Shown here piece by piece: positions 1 to 8,943 of a DNA stretch of 64,000 nt. The stretch covers positions 64,001 through 128,000 of the forward strand of contig JBEIPA010000005.1 of NCBI GenBank assembly GCA_040377305.1, read 5' to 3'. Below the pieces are notes generated by a model, which saw nothing but the letters and a program-made list of their open reading frames with translations, did no database searches and was not told the origin of the DNA. Source of the stretch: Flavobacteriales bacterium. Lineage in GTDB: Bacteria; Bacteroidota; Bacteroidia; Palsa-965. How positions within the stretch are numbered: position 1 is the stretch's first letter; each line of letters begins with the position of its first letter. The translations under genes were made by a program, and so were the position numbers.

Positions 1-841
1 TTTGTTCGCGCCCTAGACGCCATGTACACGAGGAATCAAGACCGTATGCTCCATGAGGAGAAAGTGCAAGGCTTATCCCGATGTTATTTTCAATGTTGTT
101 TCGTCCTGAGATATTCTCATATCCATTTGAAAAAATGAAATCGTTTCTTGATTGATAGCTGATGCGCTCGTACTGGTTGTAAATTTTACGGACCGAGTCA
201 AGCTCAATCTGAGCTCCATCTGTTTCCGCCTGATTTTTCAGCAGTTCATTTTTCAGATCTTGTTCAAACAATTCAATACGGTATTTAACCAACGCCTCCT
301 GCTCCTCAACAGAAGGCAGGTGTACAGCATCACTGAAAGTAAATTGCGGAATGATTGCAATTGCTCCCAGAGCAAAGAGTACAAGGGCAACAATACATTT
401 CAGGAAAATCCTGCGCCACTTCTCTTTATAGGCAGCTTTAATTTCAGCATGAAGGCTTTTGACAATGAATGGGACTCCCTTGTCAGTTGTGACCGCATAC
501 CGATCGATCAGCTCCGGAAAATTTCTCGCAACTTGGCTCGCAACAATGCGATGCCATACAGGGAACGCTAGTTTTCTTCCAGTCTCTTTTTCACGCTGCA
601 GAATGTAGTTGCGTTCAATGATCGGCCATTTGCGGACATAGTCGGGACTGAGTACCAGCACATAAAATTCCGACTTCTCAAGGCCTTCGTGAACTACTTC
701 CTCCACCGACTTTCCAATAGTCAATTTATCACCTACAAAATAGACATTCAGACCTTTAGCTGTTAGACCATTCGCAATTCCCACTGCAATATCGGCCTTG
801 TCTTCAATTGCGTAGGACATGAAAACGTCGTAAGGTCTCAT
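1..841 (-). CDS. TIR domain protein with transmembrane helix and C-terminal (probably extracytoplasmic) domain; truncated by window edge
   Basis: Not in the ORF track because no stop occurs before base 1. Manual translation from ATG at 841: MRPYDVFMSYAIEDKADIAVGIANGLTAKGLNVYFVGDKL...SPDYVRKWPIIERNYIL (TIR box 1 and WxxxE), then the hydrophobic stretch IFLKCIVALVLFALGAIAII, then >110 further residues. Close paralogue of 1382..1999. Confidence 0.85.
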   Translation of the reverse strand, partial: MRPYDVFMSYAIEDKADIAVGIANGLTAKGLNVYFVGDKLTIGKSVEEVVHEGLEKSEFYVLVLSPDYVRKWPIIERNYILQREKETGRKLAFPVWHRIVASQVARNFPELIDRYAVTTDKGVPFIVKSLHAEIKAAYKEKWRRIFLKCIVALVLFALGAIAIIPQFTFSDAVHLPSVEEQEALVKYRIELFEQDLKNELLKNQAETDGAQIELDSVRKIYNQYERISYQSRNDFIFSNGYENISGRNNIENNIGISLALSPHGAYGLDSSCTWRLGREQ

Positions 842-879
842 GAATGGAATTTGATAACAATCCGAAATTGAATACCTGA

Positions 880-1371
880 TTACTCCTTCAGATCAAATCG
901 CTTACTCACGTCTTCATAATTATTCCAGTCAAGATCCGGATTAGCAGCCTTCGCCGAAGAAGGTACTACCACCACTTTGCACTTGACGTTCACACCGTAG
1001 TAGGTATTAGGATCGCTACCCGATGAAGGGCCATCATACAACCAGCTAACCTCAACGTTTCCCGGCGTGTATCGAAATCCCATGTAGTAGTTATGAAGTG
1101 TTCCGTAAACAGTATATGGTACAGATGTCCATACATTAGACTGTGTGCTGTAATAAACCATAACACCCGCCGATTCCAGATTGCTCGCCGTGATTTCAGG
1201 AACGGAAAGATTAATATAGTGATGTGGCGTGGACCAATACCAGGATGTAACCGTAAACGTGTGCGATTTCACCTGCGTCGCGGGATCGACCTGAGCGTCT
1301 TCGCAATTGGTCAAAAAAAGACTGATCATGAAGAACAGCAGAGTAAAGGATGTAGTGTAGACTTTTTTCAT
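880..1371 (-). CDS. Putative lipoprotein, paralogue of 8140..8658
   Basis: ATG at 1371 gives MKKVYTTSFTLLFFMISLFLTNC (signal peptide + lipobox Cys) and avoids overlap with the upstream TIR gene. C-terminus ANPDLDWNNYEDVSK resembles ANPNIDWNSYEQVSK of 8140..8658. Confidence 0.8.
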   Translation of the reverse strand: MKKVYTTSFTLLFFMISLFLTNCEDAQVDPATQVKSHTFTVTSWYWSTPHHYINLSVPEITASNLESAGVMVYYSTQSNVWTSVPYTVYGTLHNYYMGFRYTPGNVEVSWLYDGPSSGSDPNTYYGVNVKCKVVVVPSSAKAANPDLDWNNYEDVSKRFDLKE

Positions 1372-1381
1372 TTTACTTAGT

Positions 1382-1999
1382 TTAATTATTGGGTGATAAG
1401 GGATGTGTATTTCGTATTGCCGGATCTCTTGGCGCTTCTTCAATCAGTGCAAAGTATCCAAACACAAGAAGGAGCAGCGCGACCACCATAAACAACAGAA
1501 TTTTACCGGTTGATGAGTTCGGCATTTTACGTTGTTCTATTTCCCTTCCTCCTTCCGTCACTTTATTTTTTTCACCTTCTTCGCTTTTTCTTTTATGAAT
1601 TGCTTTCTGCAAATGATCCGCTACCGCATCCAATCCCGTATCAGTAGAAGGAGCATAATGATCAATAAGTTCAGGAAAGTGAAGAGCGACATCGTCGTAT
1701 GAAATATTGTTCCAGACAGGGAATACCAACTTCTTACCTTCTTTCTTCTGACGGTGCAGAATATAATTGCGCTCTATTGCTGGCCACTTGCGCCGGTAGT
1801 TATGACTGACAATCAACACGCAGAAATGAGATTGATCCAGACCATTATTAACAGTATCCGAAATCAAATCACCCGAGGAAAGTTTGTCTCCAACGAAATA
1901 CACATTCAAGCCCGATTTTTTTAACCGCTCTGCTATTCCTGCAGCCGTCGGAAACTTGTCTTCAATTGCGTAAGAGATGAATACATCGTATTTTTTCAT
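1382..1999 (-). CDS. TIR domain protein with C-terminal transmembrane helix
   Basis: YDVFISYAIEDK, GLNVYF, KWPAIERNY, VFPVW; C-terminal ILLFMVVALLLLVFGYFALI. Confidence 0.9.
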   Translation of the reverse strand: MKKYDVFISYAIEDKFPTAAGIAERLKKSGLNVYFVGDKLSSGDLISDTVNNGLDQSHFCVLIVSHNYRRKWPAIERNYILHRQKKEGKKLVFPVWNNISYDDVALHFPELIDHYAPSTDTGLDAVADHLQKAIHKRKSEEGEKNKVTEGGREIEQRKMPNSSTGKILLFMVVALLLLVFGYFALIEEAPRDPAIRNTHPLSPNN

Positions 2000-2034
2000 A
2001 GCGAACTTTTAACCAAATGAGTGTCTTGATTTTA

Positions 2035-2565
2035 TCATGCTTCAGCATTACCGCCCAGAACAATTACACCCACACTTTGTGCGTCCTGACCTTCTTCCTG
2101 ATCACGATTAGGTGTGTGCTTATCCATTCGCGCTGGCACAGTTCCATCTGACTCTTTTGCAACCAGATCCAAAACTTTAGCAAGTACAGGATTCAAGCCT
2201 CTTCGTGACGATATCGCATCGCGATCTGATATTGCAGATTTATTTTGCTTCAGCATTTTCAGCGTCACATTGCAAAGCACAAGCAGAATCCTGTTATCAA
2301 TTTTCTTTTTGGACAGTAAAGTTCCCAGTTCTTTTGTCGCCCATTTTTTTGAGATGAACATAGGGCTGATTATCACTATGCCATATCGCGACAGTTTCAA
2401 TGCATTGGTGATAGAGGTTGTAACGGAAGTTTTTTTCTTCAATTCAGCATTCAGGTACCACACACGAAGTCCGCTCTTTTTCAGAGCCAGCACCAGCTCC
2501 TGAACAAATGCGCTATGATCTTCATAGGTGTGAGTAATGAAAACATCATAAAATTGTTGGCGCAT
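2035..2565 (-). CDS. Soluble TIR domain protein (TIR_2 / TcpC-BtpA-like)
   Basis: YDVFITHTYEDHSAFV..L..AL...GLRVWY, SRYGIVIISPMF..KKWATKEL. Confidence 0.9.
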   Translation of the reverse strand: MRQQFYDVFITHTYEDHSAFVQELVLALKKSGLRVWYLNAELKKKTSVTTSITNALKLSRYGIVIISPMFISKKWATKELGTLLSKKKIDNRILLVLCNVTLKMLKQNKSAISDRDAISSRRGLNPVLAKVLDLVAKESDGTVPARMDKHTPNRDQEEGQDAQSVGVIVLGGNAEA

Positions 2566-2621
2566 GAATGTTATCGGTCTTAGGATATTTTATCGATTTA
2601 CCGATAATGAGCAATACATTT

Positions 2622-3182
2622 TTAGATCTTCCCAAGGCGTTTTAGTTCCCAAAAACATTTTGCTGTTGCTGCAATATCTGCAGCAGCGTTGTGTGCCTGC
2701 GGAAAATCTTTTCCAAAAAGTTTGTAATGCAGTTCGGAAAGCTTTGGCCATTTATTTCCAGGAAGCGCACAAAACGAAGTCGTGCTGTGCATCGTGCAAA
2801 TTTTACTTTTTTCTGCTACCGCGTTTGGAATCTTATTTCGGATAAATTCAGCGCCAACAATTTTTTCATCGAAACTCATATTATGAGCAACGAGATACTC
2901 CGCCTCATGGATCAACGACTGAAATTGCTTGAGGACGCTCAAAAGGACTTTTCCTTCTTTCAGCGCCTTCTCGGTTGAGATTCCGTGAATCCTGGAAGCC
3001 GCCAGGGGAATTGAAAAACCATCAGGTTTTATAATATAATCACCCCCTGATATTTTGTTTCCTTGCTTGTCATAAGCCAAATAAGCTAACTGCACCATTC
3101 GTGGCCAGTTATCCACATCGGTTACAGGTGCTTTCCAGCTGGCAGGTAGTCCAGTTGTTTCTGTGTCAAAAAATAAATACAT
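2622..3182 (-). CDS. DEDDh 3'-5' exonuclease (DnaQ-like)
   Basis: ExoI FFDTETTG, ExoII AHNMSFD, ExoIII AHNAAADI. Confidence 0.92.
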   Translation of the reverse strand: MYLFFDTETTGLPASWKAPVTDVDNWPRMVQLAYLAYDKQGNKISGGDYIIKPDGFSIPLAASRIHGISTEKALKEGKVLLSVLKQFQSLIHEAEYLVAHNMSFDEKIVGAEFIRNKIPNAVAEKSKICTMHSTTSFCALPGNKWPKLSELHYKLFGKDFPQAHNAAADIAATAKCFWELKRLGKI

Positions 3183-3207
3183 AACGCTTCTTCGCCTTTG
3201 ATTACGT

Positions 3208-3296
3208 GACGAAATAAGCTAACGCGCTTTCCGGACGAAAAACAAGTTTCCGAAACGCCCAATAAGATTTCTGAATCCTGTGTTTTTCTTTCCCGA
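3208..3296 (-). promoter_or_regulatory. Putative LytTR-type direct-repeat promoter for the exonuclease-TIR operon
   Basis: Minus strand TCGGGAAA (3296-3289), TTCAGAAA (3275-3268), TTCGGAAA (3254-3247) at 21-bp period; 29-nt gap; then TTATTTCGTC (degenerate TAnnTTTG -7 box). Confidence 0.55.
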
Positions 3297-3301
3297 TCAA
3301 A

Positions 3302-4048
3302 TCAGATCATGGAAAATCTCCGATGTACTTCGTCCCGATAACTATCACTGGTAGGAACCTCTGCTTTTCCTATTAAAAGCATATTCCCTTTGATTGCAGT
3401 TACTTTGTCAATATTGACTGCGAACGAACGGTGCACGCGCATAAGAAGCGGGTGGTCGAATTTTTCCTGAAAAGCCTTCAGACTGTACGTTAAAGTAAAC
3501 TTCCGACTCATCGTGTGAATGTGGCAATATGATCCGCCCGCTTCAATCCAAAGAATATCATCCAGATTAATCCGGTAAAAAGTATCATCATCCTTTACAA
3601 GGATGCGATCCTTGAATGGAAAAATGGTTTCTGTAGTTTTCTCATTCTTTACCGGAAGAGCAATTTTCTTACTGCTCGCGTTATAAAACGCAATCTCAAT
3701 TGCTATCAGTAAATCCTGCGCTTTGAATGGCTTCAGCAAAAACGCTGCGGGATGCGTGTGCTTGGCACGCTCAATAGTCTTCTCATCGTGAAGGTCTGTG
3801 AGATAGATAATGGGAATAGAATAATTTGCGTTGATCCGTTCTGAGGTCTGTATCCCATCCATTTCTCCGGAAAGATGAATATCCATCAGGATCACATCCG
3901 GCTGCTTGTTCTTGATTTCTTCAAGCGCCGCCTCACCCGATGTCACTATCTTCTTTACAACATAACCGGCCGTTGTGAGTGTTTCAGCAACCGACTCGGC
4001 TATTATGACTTTATCTTCAACAATTAAAACTGAAACAGGTGCTATCAT
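3302..4048 (-). CDS. LytTR-family response regulator
   Basis: REC domain (VLIVED, PDVILMDIHL, FLLKPF) plus LytTR domain (ILWIEAGGSYC, RVHRSFAVN). Confidence 0.95.
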   Translation of the reverse strand: MIAPVSVLIVEDKVIIAESVAETLTTAGYVVKKIVTSGEAALEEIKNKQPDVILMDIHLSGEMDGIQTSERINANYSIPIIYLTDLHDEKTIERAKHTHPAAFLLKPFKAQDLLIAIEIAFYNASSKKIALPVKNEKTTETIFPFKDRILVKDDDTFYRINLDDILWIEAGGSYCHIHTMSRKFTLTYSLKAFQEKFDHPLLMRVHRSFAVNIDKVTAIKGNMLLIGKAEVPTSDSYRDEVHRRFSMI

Positions 4049-6300
4049 TTTACCTCTGGTATTTCCAATGTTACAATTGTGCCGCGCTCATCCGAATGCG
4101 TGAGTAATGTTGCTTTGAGCTCGCGCGAAAATAGCTGAATCAATCGCAACCCGAATGATCTGTTAAGCTCTGCTTTATTACCCGCAGGAATTCCGGTTCC
4201 GTTATCGGAGAAACGAAGCAGCTTGCCGGTGAACTCAATATGAAGTGTTGCATCGTCATTCTTCTTCAGAACATGCTTGAACCAGTTACTGATGACTTCA
4301 TTGCAAACGAAACCAAGACTCAGCGCTTTATCTGCATCCAACTCAATAGATGCAACGTCTTTGCTGATGTTCAGTTCTGCCGCGGCATAACCGTAAGACT
4401 GACAGAGATTATCAATCAATGCCTCAATGTAAGTACGCATGTTGACCTGCGATCCGACATGGTCGCCATAAAGTCCCTGATGAATCAACAACATCGCCGT
4501 TAATCGCTGATCAATCTCCTGCATAAGTTCTGCCATTGCCGGATCCTGGATACGCGATTGCTGAAGTTCCAGCAGGCTGGAAAGCACCTGCAGATTATTT
4601 TTAATACGGTGATGCAACTCACTCATCATCGTTTGCTTCTGCTCTATGATGGTTTGCTTTTGTTCAATAATCACCTTGCTTTGACGGAGTGCAAGACGAC
4701 GTGAACGGATAGCAACAAACAACAATGCTACTACCACAAGAAGCAATGCGGCTCCAACTACGAGCGAGTAAATCAATGTATGCTGCCGCTCAACAGTTGC
4801 TTCCTTCACCTTGTCTCGTTCATTCAGTAAAACGATTTCGTGTTCTTTGCTCTCACTGTCATACTTCACTTCCATTTCTGTAATTGCTTTCTGCTTTTCT
4901 TCATTTAATACGGAGTCCTTCATTGATATGAAAAGGTCCATGTACAGCAAAGCGGAATCTGACTGTCCCTCCGTCAGGAAAATATCTGTTGTAATCTTAT
5001 AGTTATCCAACAGATATTTTTTTGCGCCAATCTTTTCTAACCGGCTACGCGCAGCCTTGAGATGTTCCAATGCATCATGGTTCTTGCCCATCGCCTGATA
5101 TAGCCTGCTCAACTTGTTTAACGTAAGAGCAACTAGCTTGGGGTCATCTGCAATCGATTTTAACTCAAGCGCCTTCTTATAATATGCTTCCGCTTTGTCG
5201 AATTCCTTTTTGTGATAATATGCTTCGCCCAATAGGTCAACAGAACTAGCGATGAAGTCTGAATCACCTAATTCATTCTTAATAAGTAGTGAACGATTTA
5301 AATAACTGATAGCGGTATCGTAGTCTCCCAACAGAATATAAGCCTGCCCAAGATTCGTAAGGGATCCGGCAATCCCTCTTTTATTCCCAATTGAATCACG
5401 AAGATGCAATGAGCGTGTATGATATTCTATTGCCCTTCGCGGCTCCTCTACCTCACAATACAAATTGCCAATGCTATTATAACAGGACGCAAGTTCTTTT
5501 GCATATTGAATCTGCTCGAAAAATGGAGCAGCAAGTAACAGATGATGTAACGCACTATCGTAGGAACCTTGTTCCCGGAATACTATTCCAAGATTAAGAT
5601 TAAAGATTGCGAGATTTGTATCATCGTCAAGTCGCTCGGCAATTACAAGTGCTTTCTGATACGAATGGATACTGCGGAGATAGTCTTCGTTATCAGAATA
5701 AACCATCGCTATGTTGCTATAGCAAGCCGCCATCGCAGAGGAGTCATGAAGAGCTGTGTCGTACTTAATTTCCTCATTCAAGTATTTCAAAGCGTTTGCA
5801 GAATCGCGCTCGATCAGGTAGTAAATACCCAACTCCTGCAGAGCAAAAGCAATGTCCTTGTCGCTTCTGGCGTTTGTGCCGATCAGTAACGCTTCTTTCA
5901 TCGAAGCAACTGCAGAATCAGGTCGCTGTAGTTCGAGGTAACACTTTCCCGTTTTTATCAAGGCCCTTACCTGCTCATGAACAAGATTAGCTTTCTCCGC
6001 CTGATTAGCCGCATGAATGTAATAATAGAGCGCTGAATCAAAATTTGCTTGCGTGCTATAATAAACTCCCAATGCATTCAGCGCTCTGATCCTGTTATTG
6101 ACATCGCCTGATTCAGATGACACCGCTCTTACTTCCTGCACCCACGCTGCAGTGTCAGTTGTGCTATCCAGCACGGGCAGGATCGACTCTGCGGTTTGAT
6201 TGTTGCACGAAAAATAATTCAGGCTAACCAGCAGAAGGAATACAAAACCTCCAGCCGATTTCGCAATCGGAATGCATCTGGTTCGCAGATAGGCAGACAT
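4045..6300 (-). CDS. TPR-repeat membrane sensor histidine kinase (HisKA_2 type)
   Basis: N-terminal hydrophobic segment, many TPR repeats, TM helix, H-box ELHHRIKNNLQ, N-box NEVISN, DNGTG and SFGL; 4-nt overlap with the regulator. Confidence 0.93.
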   Translation of the reverse strand: MSAYLRTRCIPIAKSAGGFVFLLLVSLNYFSCNNQTAESILPVLDSTTDTAAWVQEVRAVSSESGDVNNRIRALNALGVYYSTQANFDSALYYYIHAANQAEKANLVHEQVRALIKTGKCYLELQRPDSAVASMKEALLIGTNARSDKDIAFALQELGIYYLIERDSANALKYLNEEIKYDTALHDSSAMAACYSNIAMVYSDNEDYLRSIHSYQKALVIAERLDDDTNLAIFNLNLGIVFREQGSYDSALHHLLLAAPFFEQIQYAKELASCYNSIGNLYCEVEEPRRAIEYHTRSLHLRDSIGNKRGIAGSLTNLGQAYILLGDYDTAISYLNRSLLIKNELGDSDFIASSVDLLGEAYYHKKEFDKAEAYYKKALELKSIADDPKLVALTLNKLSRLYQAMGKNHDALEHLKAARSRLEKIGAKKYLLDNYKITTDIFLTEGQSDSALLYMDLFISMKDSVLNEEKQKAITEMEVKYDSESKEHEIVLLNERDKVKEATVERQHTLIYSLVVGAALLLVVVALLFVAIRSRRLALRQSKVIIEQKQTIIEQKQTMMSELHHRIKNNLQVLSSLLELQQSRIQDPAMAELMQEIDQRLTAMLLIHQGLYGDHVGSQVNMRTYIEALIDNLCQSYGYAAAELNISKDVASIELDADKALSLGFVCNEVISNWFKHVLKKNDDATLHIEFTGKLLRFSDNGTGIPAGNKAELNRSFGLRLIQLFSRELKATLLTHSDERGTIVTLEIPEVK

Positions 6301-6379
6301 ACAATAAGCTTTGAGAAAACTGATTTACACACTTCTAAGGTAGATTAAATAATCATGACAATTTCCGCAATCTTTCATG

Positions 6380-6415
6380 AAAAAAACGGGACTTTGCATA
6401 CAGCGAAGTCCCGTT
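6380..6415 (-). terminator. Intrinsic terminator after 6431..6817
   Basis: Stem ACGGGACTT/AAGTCCCGT followed by a T-run on the minus strand. Confidence 0.75.
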
Positions 6416-6430
6416 GAATTCTACATCACA

Positions 6431-6817
6431 CTAGGGTGCAATCAGCGTGTCGATACGCACGACTTCAGAAGAAAACGTAAGGTTCACGTTTTTCGGAAGA
6501 TAGCCCGTTCTTGTGAAGTTCAGTACGTAAGTACCGGATTCAAAACCACCCATGCAATACTCGCCTGATGAATTTGTAGTCGTCTGATTCTGCACAACTC
6601 CACCTTGCAGCAGCTTCACCGTAACATTATTGATCGGTGTTCCGGTTACAGTTAATGCATGACCTCTCACAATGATTGGTTCTTCATCGCAATCCGGTGA
6701 AATCACACCGGTGAAACAGGTTGCACTCTTTGAACACTTTTCAGAAATAGAAGTGGTCGGGTGAAATGTTCCGAAAAGGAATACAATCACGCTTACGACC
6801 TTAATGATATTTGTCAT
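6431..6817 (-). CDS. Secreted carboxypeptidase-regulatory-like (prealbumin-fold) domain protein
   Basis: Signal peptide, then GTPINNVTVKL...TTTNSSGEY....GTYVLNFTRTGY pattern. Confidence 0.75.
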   Translation of the reverse strand: MTNIIKVVSVIVFLFGTFHPTTSISEKCSKSATCFTGVISPDCDEEPIIVRGHALTVTGTPINNVTVKLLQGGVVQNQTTTNSSGEYCMGGFESGTYVLNFTRTGYLPKNVNLTFSSEVVRIDTLIAP

Positions 6818-6845
6818 GTTGATTTAGTATTAAGGTTTGACATAC

Positions 6846-7060
6846 CCGGTTGGCCCGTGCGCACCATGCACACTGTCGGTTCCGGATTTTAAGCGGGACA
6901 TTTCTCCGTTCCTGTTGCGCAGACCAGCGATCAGCTTTATCGCTTTTTGCCTATCCCTGAGCAAAGAGTCTTTGCAACAGGAGCGGAGTGTATTTATCAG
7001 TTCAGTATCATGAAACCGGAACTTCGATTTATCCTTTCGGATCGGGTAGTCGCCCGTGCG
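6846..7060. ncRNA. Candidate structured RNA/leader in the divergent intergenic region
   Basis: 15-bp stem 6904-6918/6974-6988 enclosing two inner hairpins; outer helix GTTCCGG/CCGGAAC; ATCC-TTTC-GGAT hairpin. No family recognised. Confidence 0.3.
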
Positions 7061-7218
7061 ATTCAGTTCACTTTATCATTTCAACTGCACTGATGTTGTG
7101 ATCAGCAACACGGTAAATTTTTACATAAAGGATAACCGGCCGCGAAACTTTTCCCGGTAACGTCCGGCGATCTTCCGGCGATGAACTAGAATTTCCGGCG
7201 ATGTTGTACTTCCGGCTT

Positions 7219-7286
7219 TTAGGAAAGAAAAACGAGTGATTCGGAAAATAAATTCGGTTACGGCTTGCCCGAACCATTCATTTGTC
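7219..7286 (+). promoter_or_regulatory. Putative LytTR-type direct-repeat promoter
   Basis: TTAGGAAA (7219) and TTCGGAAA (7240) at 21-bp period; 29-nt gap; TTCATTTGTC (7277). Confidence 0.5.
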
Positions 7287-7300
7287 GGCGAAATCCGGTT

Positions 7301-8143
7301 ATGAAGTTCAGCAGGGACATATTGAAAAGACTGCTTTCTGAAATTCAGAATGCGATCTATATGGATGTAACCAGTGGAAATGGTGCTGCCGTAAATGCTG
7401 CCTTGGGTGCGAAATACAAAGAATATCGCAAAGTTCCCTATCCGATTACCAATCCGGAATTTGTTTATCGCACCGTCAAGGCAAAACTGAACGATAAGAA
7501 AAGAAAGGGTAAAGAACTTCCATTGCTCACCGGCAACTTTGAAATTTTAGTACATGCTCTGGGTTACAAAGGAATCCCTGACTTCATTAATGGAAAGCAT
7601 CCCGCTGTCAGCACAGATCTGAAGGGTTGTGAAGGTTTCTGGTATAGCTACGTACGTTGCAATTCAGGACAACCTTTTGTGTTGCGCGCTCCAGTGGAGA
7701 TCGTTGTGCGATATCGCGACGTTGAAATGGAATTGAGAGGAAGCCGAAGAACTTTCAAAGGTAAAATGAAGCTCGAAGGTGATTGCATCTTTTGCCTGCT
7801 GGAAAGTGGCGACACAAAAAACCTTCACTTGATATTTAAAACCGGTCTCGAATCAACACCTAATGTCTTACAAGGCGTTTTCTCAGGACTGTCAACTGCC
7901 AATGATCCAATCGCAGGTCGAGAAATATTGATACGTCAACCCGGTATGGATGATTTGAAGAAATTGACAAACGATCGCTTGTCCATTGACAAACTACTCT
8001 CGTCCGGAACAGAAGACGAGAAAATAATTGCACGTTATTTCAGTAACGTCGATGAAAATATTCTTAAAGCCGGGCGCAGCAGCAATTTTGAAATTACAGA
8101 TCTCATTAAACCAGAACAGAAACCTAAAACCAGAAAAAAATGA
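7301..8143 (+). CDS. Hypothetical protein: helical (possibly HTH-like) N-terminus plus beta-rich C-terminal domain
   Basis: ATG at 7301. LVHALGYKGIPDF segment, then GFWYSY-initiated alternating beta strands; 4-nt overlap with the next gene. Confidence 0.75.
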   Translation: MKFSRDILKRLLSEIQNAIYMDVTSGNGAAVNAALGAKYKEYRKVPYPITNPEFVYRTVKAKLNDKKRKGKELPLLTGNFEILVHALGYKGIPDFINGKHPAVSTDLKGCEGFWYSYVRCNSGQPFVLRAPVEIVVRYRDVEMELRGSRRTFKGKMKLEGDCIFCLLESGDTKNLHLIFKTGLESTPNVLQGVFSGLSTANDPIAGREILIRQPGMDDLKKLTNDRLSIDKLLSSGTEDEKIIARYFSNVDENILKAGRSSNFEITDLIKPEQKPKTRKK

Positions 8144-8658
8144 AAACAGCTAAAATTTACATCCTGCTTGTCACTATTGTTTCGCTTGTCACTGCCTGCA
8201 AAAAAGAAGGGCCTGCCGGTCCTGCCGGAAAAGATGGAAATGCGAATGTTATTTCATCAAACACGCTTACGCTGAATAATTGGATTACGGTTTACGATGA
8301 TGGCACAGAGTTTACGTACTCTTCGAATCTTACCTGGGGCGAGATCACACAAGAAGTGCGCGATGGTGGATTGCTCATTACATACCTGAAAGACAACACA
8401 ACATCAACGTGGTATGCTATGCCTTATTCATACGCAGGTGACGGTTATGGGTACACATTCAACTACGATTTCAATATCGGTACTGCGAATATCTATTATG
8501 AAGGTTACGACAATTCAGGATCGCCAGGAGCCAATGCGCTGAATGGACTCTTTACAATTCGTTTAGTTGCCGTTCCTCCTGCAATTCGTGAAGCGAATCC
8601 GAATATCGATTGGAACAGCTATGAACAGGTTAGTAAACTGATTACTGCACAGGAGTAA
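8140..8658 (+). CDS. Lipoprotein with short collagen-like linker
   Basis: LVTAC lipobox, GPAGPAGKDGNANV; paralogue of 880..1371. Confidence 0.85.
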   Translation: MKTAKIYILLVTIVSLVTACKKEGPAGPAGKDGNANVISSNTLTLNNWITVYDDGTEFTYSSNLTWGEITQEVRDGGLLITYLKDNTTSTWYAMPYSYAGDGYGYTFNYDFNIGTANIYYEGYDNSGSPGANALNGLFTIRLVAVPPAIREANPNIDWNSYEQVSKLITAQE

Positions 8659-8715
8659 TATTATTTATATCCAAAATACAATCCAACGCATCAGCCAGTT
8701 CTAATAGCTCAGTTC

Positions 8716-8943
8716 ATGGAATACAAAGCAGTTTCAATCGTCCCCGTTCAAGGTGAAAAAGAAGATGGGCGTCACGTCGCTCAGAATCTGGAAGACCTTC
8801 TGAAAAAGTATCACGCCGAAGGTTGGGAATATGTGAGAGTAGAAAGCCTGCAGGTATGGGTTAATCCCACTGGCGGATGCTTTGGTTTTGGACAAACGCC
8901 GGGTTACTACGCAGCGCGGCAAATGGTGATTTTCAAAAAATGA
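8716..8943 (+). CDS. DUF4177-like small protein
   Basis: MEYKAV...LEDLLKKYHAEGWEYVRVE...MVIFKK pattern. Confidence 0.7.
   Translation: MEYKAVSIVPVQGEKEDGRHVAQNLEDLLKKYHAEGWEYVRVESLQVWVNPTGGCFGFGQTPGYYAARQMVIFKK

Noticed and set aside
152-571. 139-aa + strand ORF
   Set aside because: Antisense shadow of the TIR-TM gene on the minus strand (1..841).
1-2565. Calling the TIR cluster Thoeris or CBASS
   Set aside because: No SIR2/Macro ThsA, cyclase or other defining partner within the window.
7010-7060. c-di-GMP-I riboswitch (GAAA tetraloop on the minus strand)
   Set aside because: Lacks the GGACGCAAAGC-type core and the second stem.
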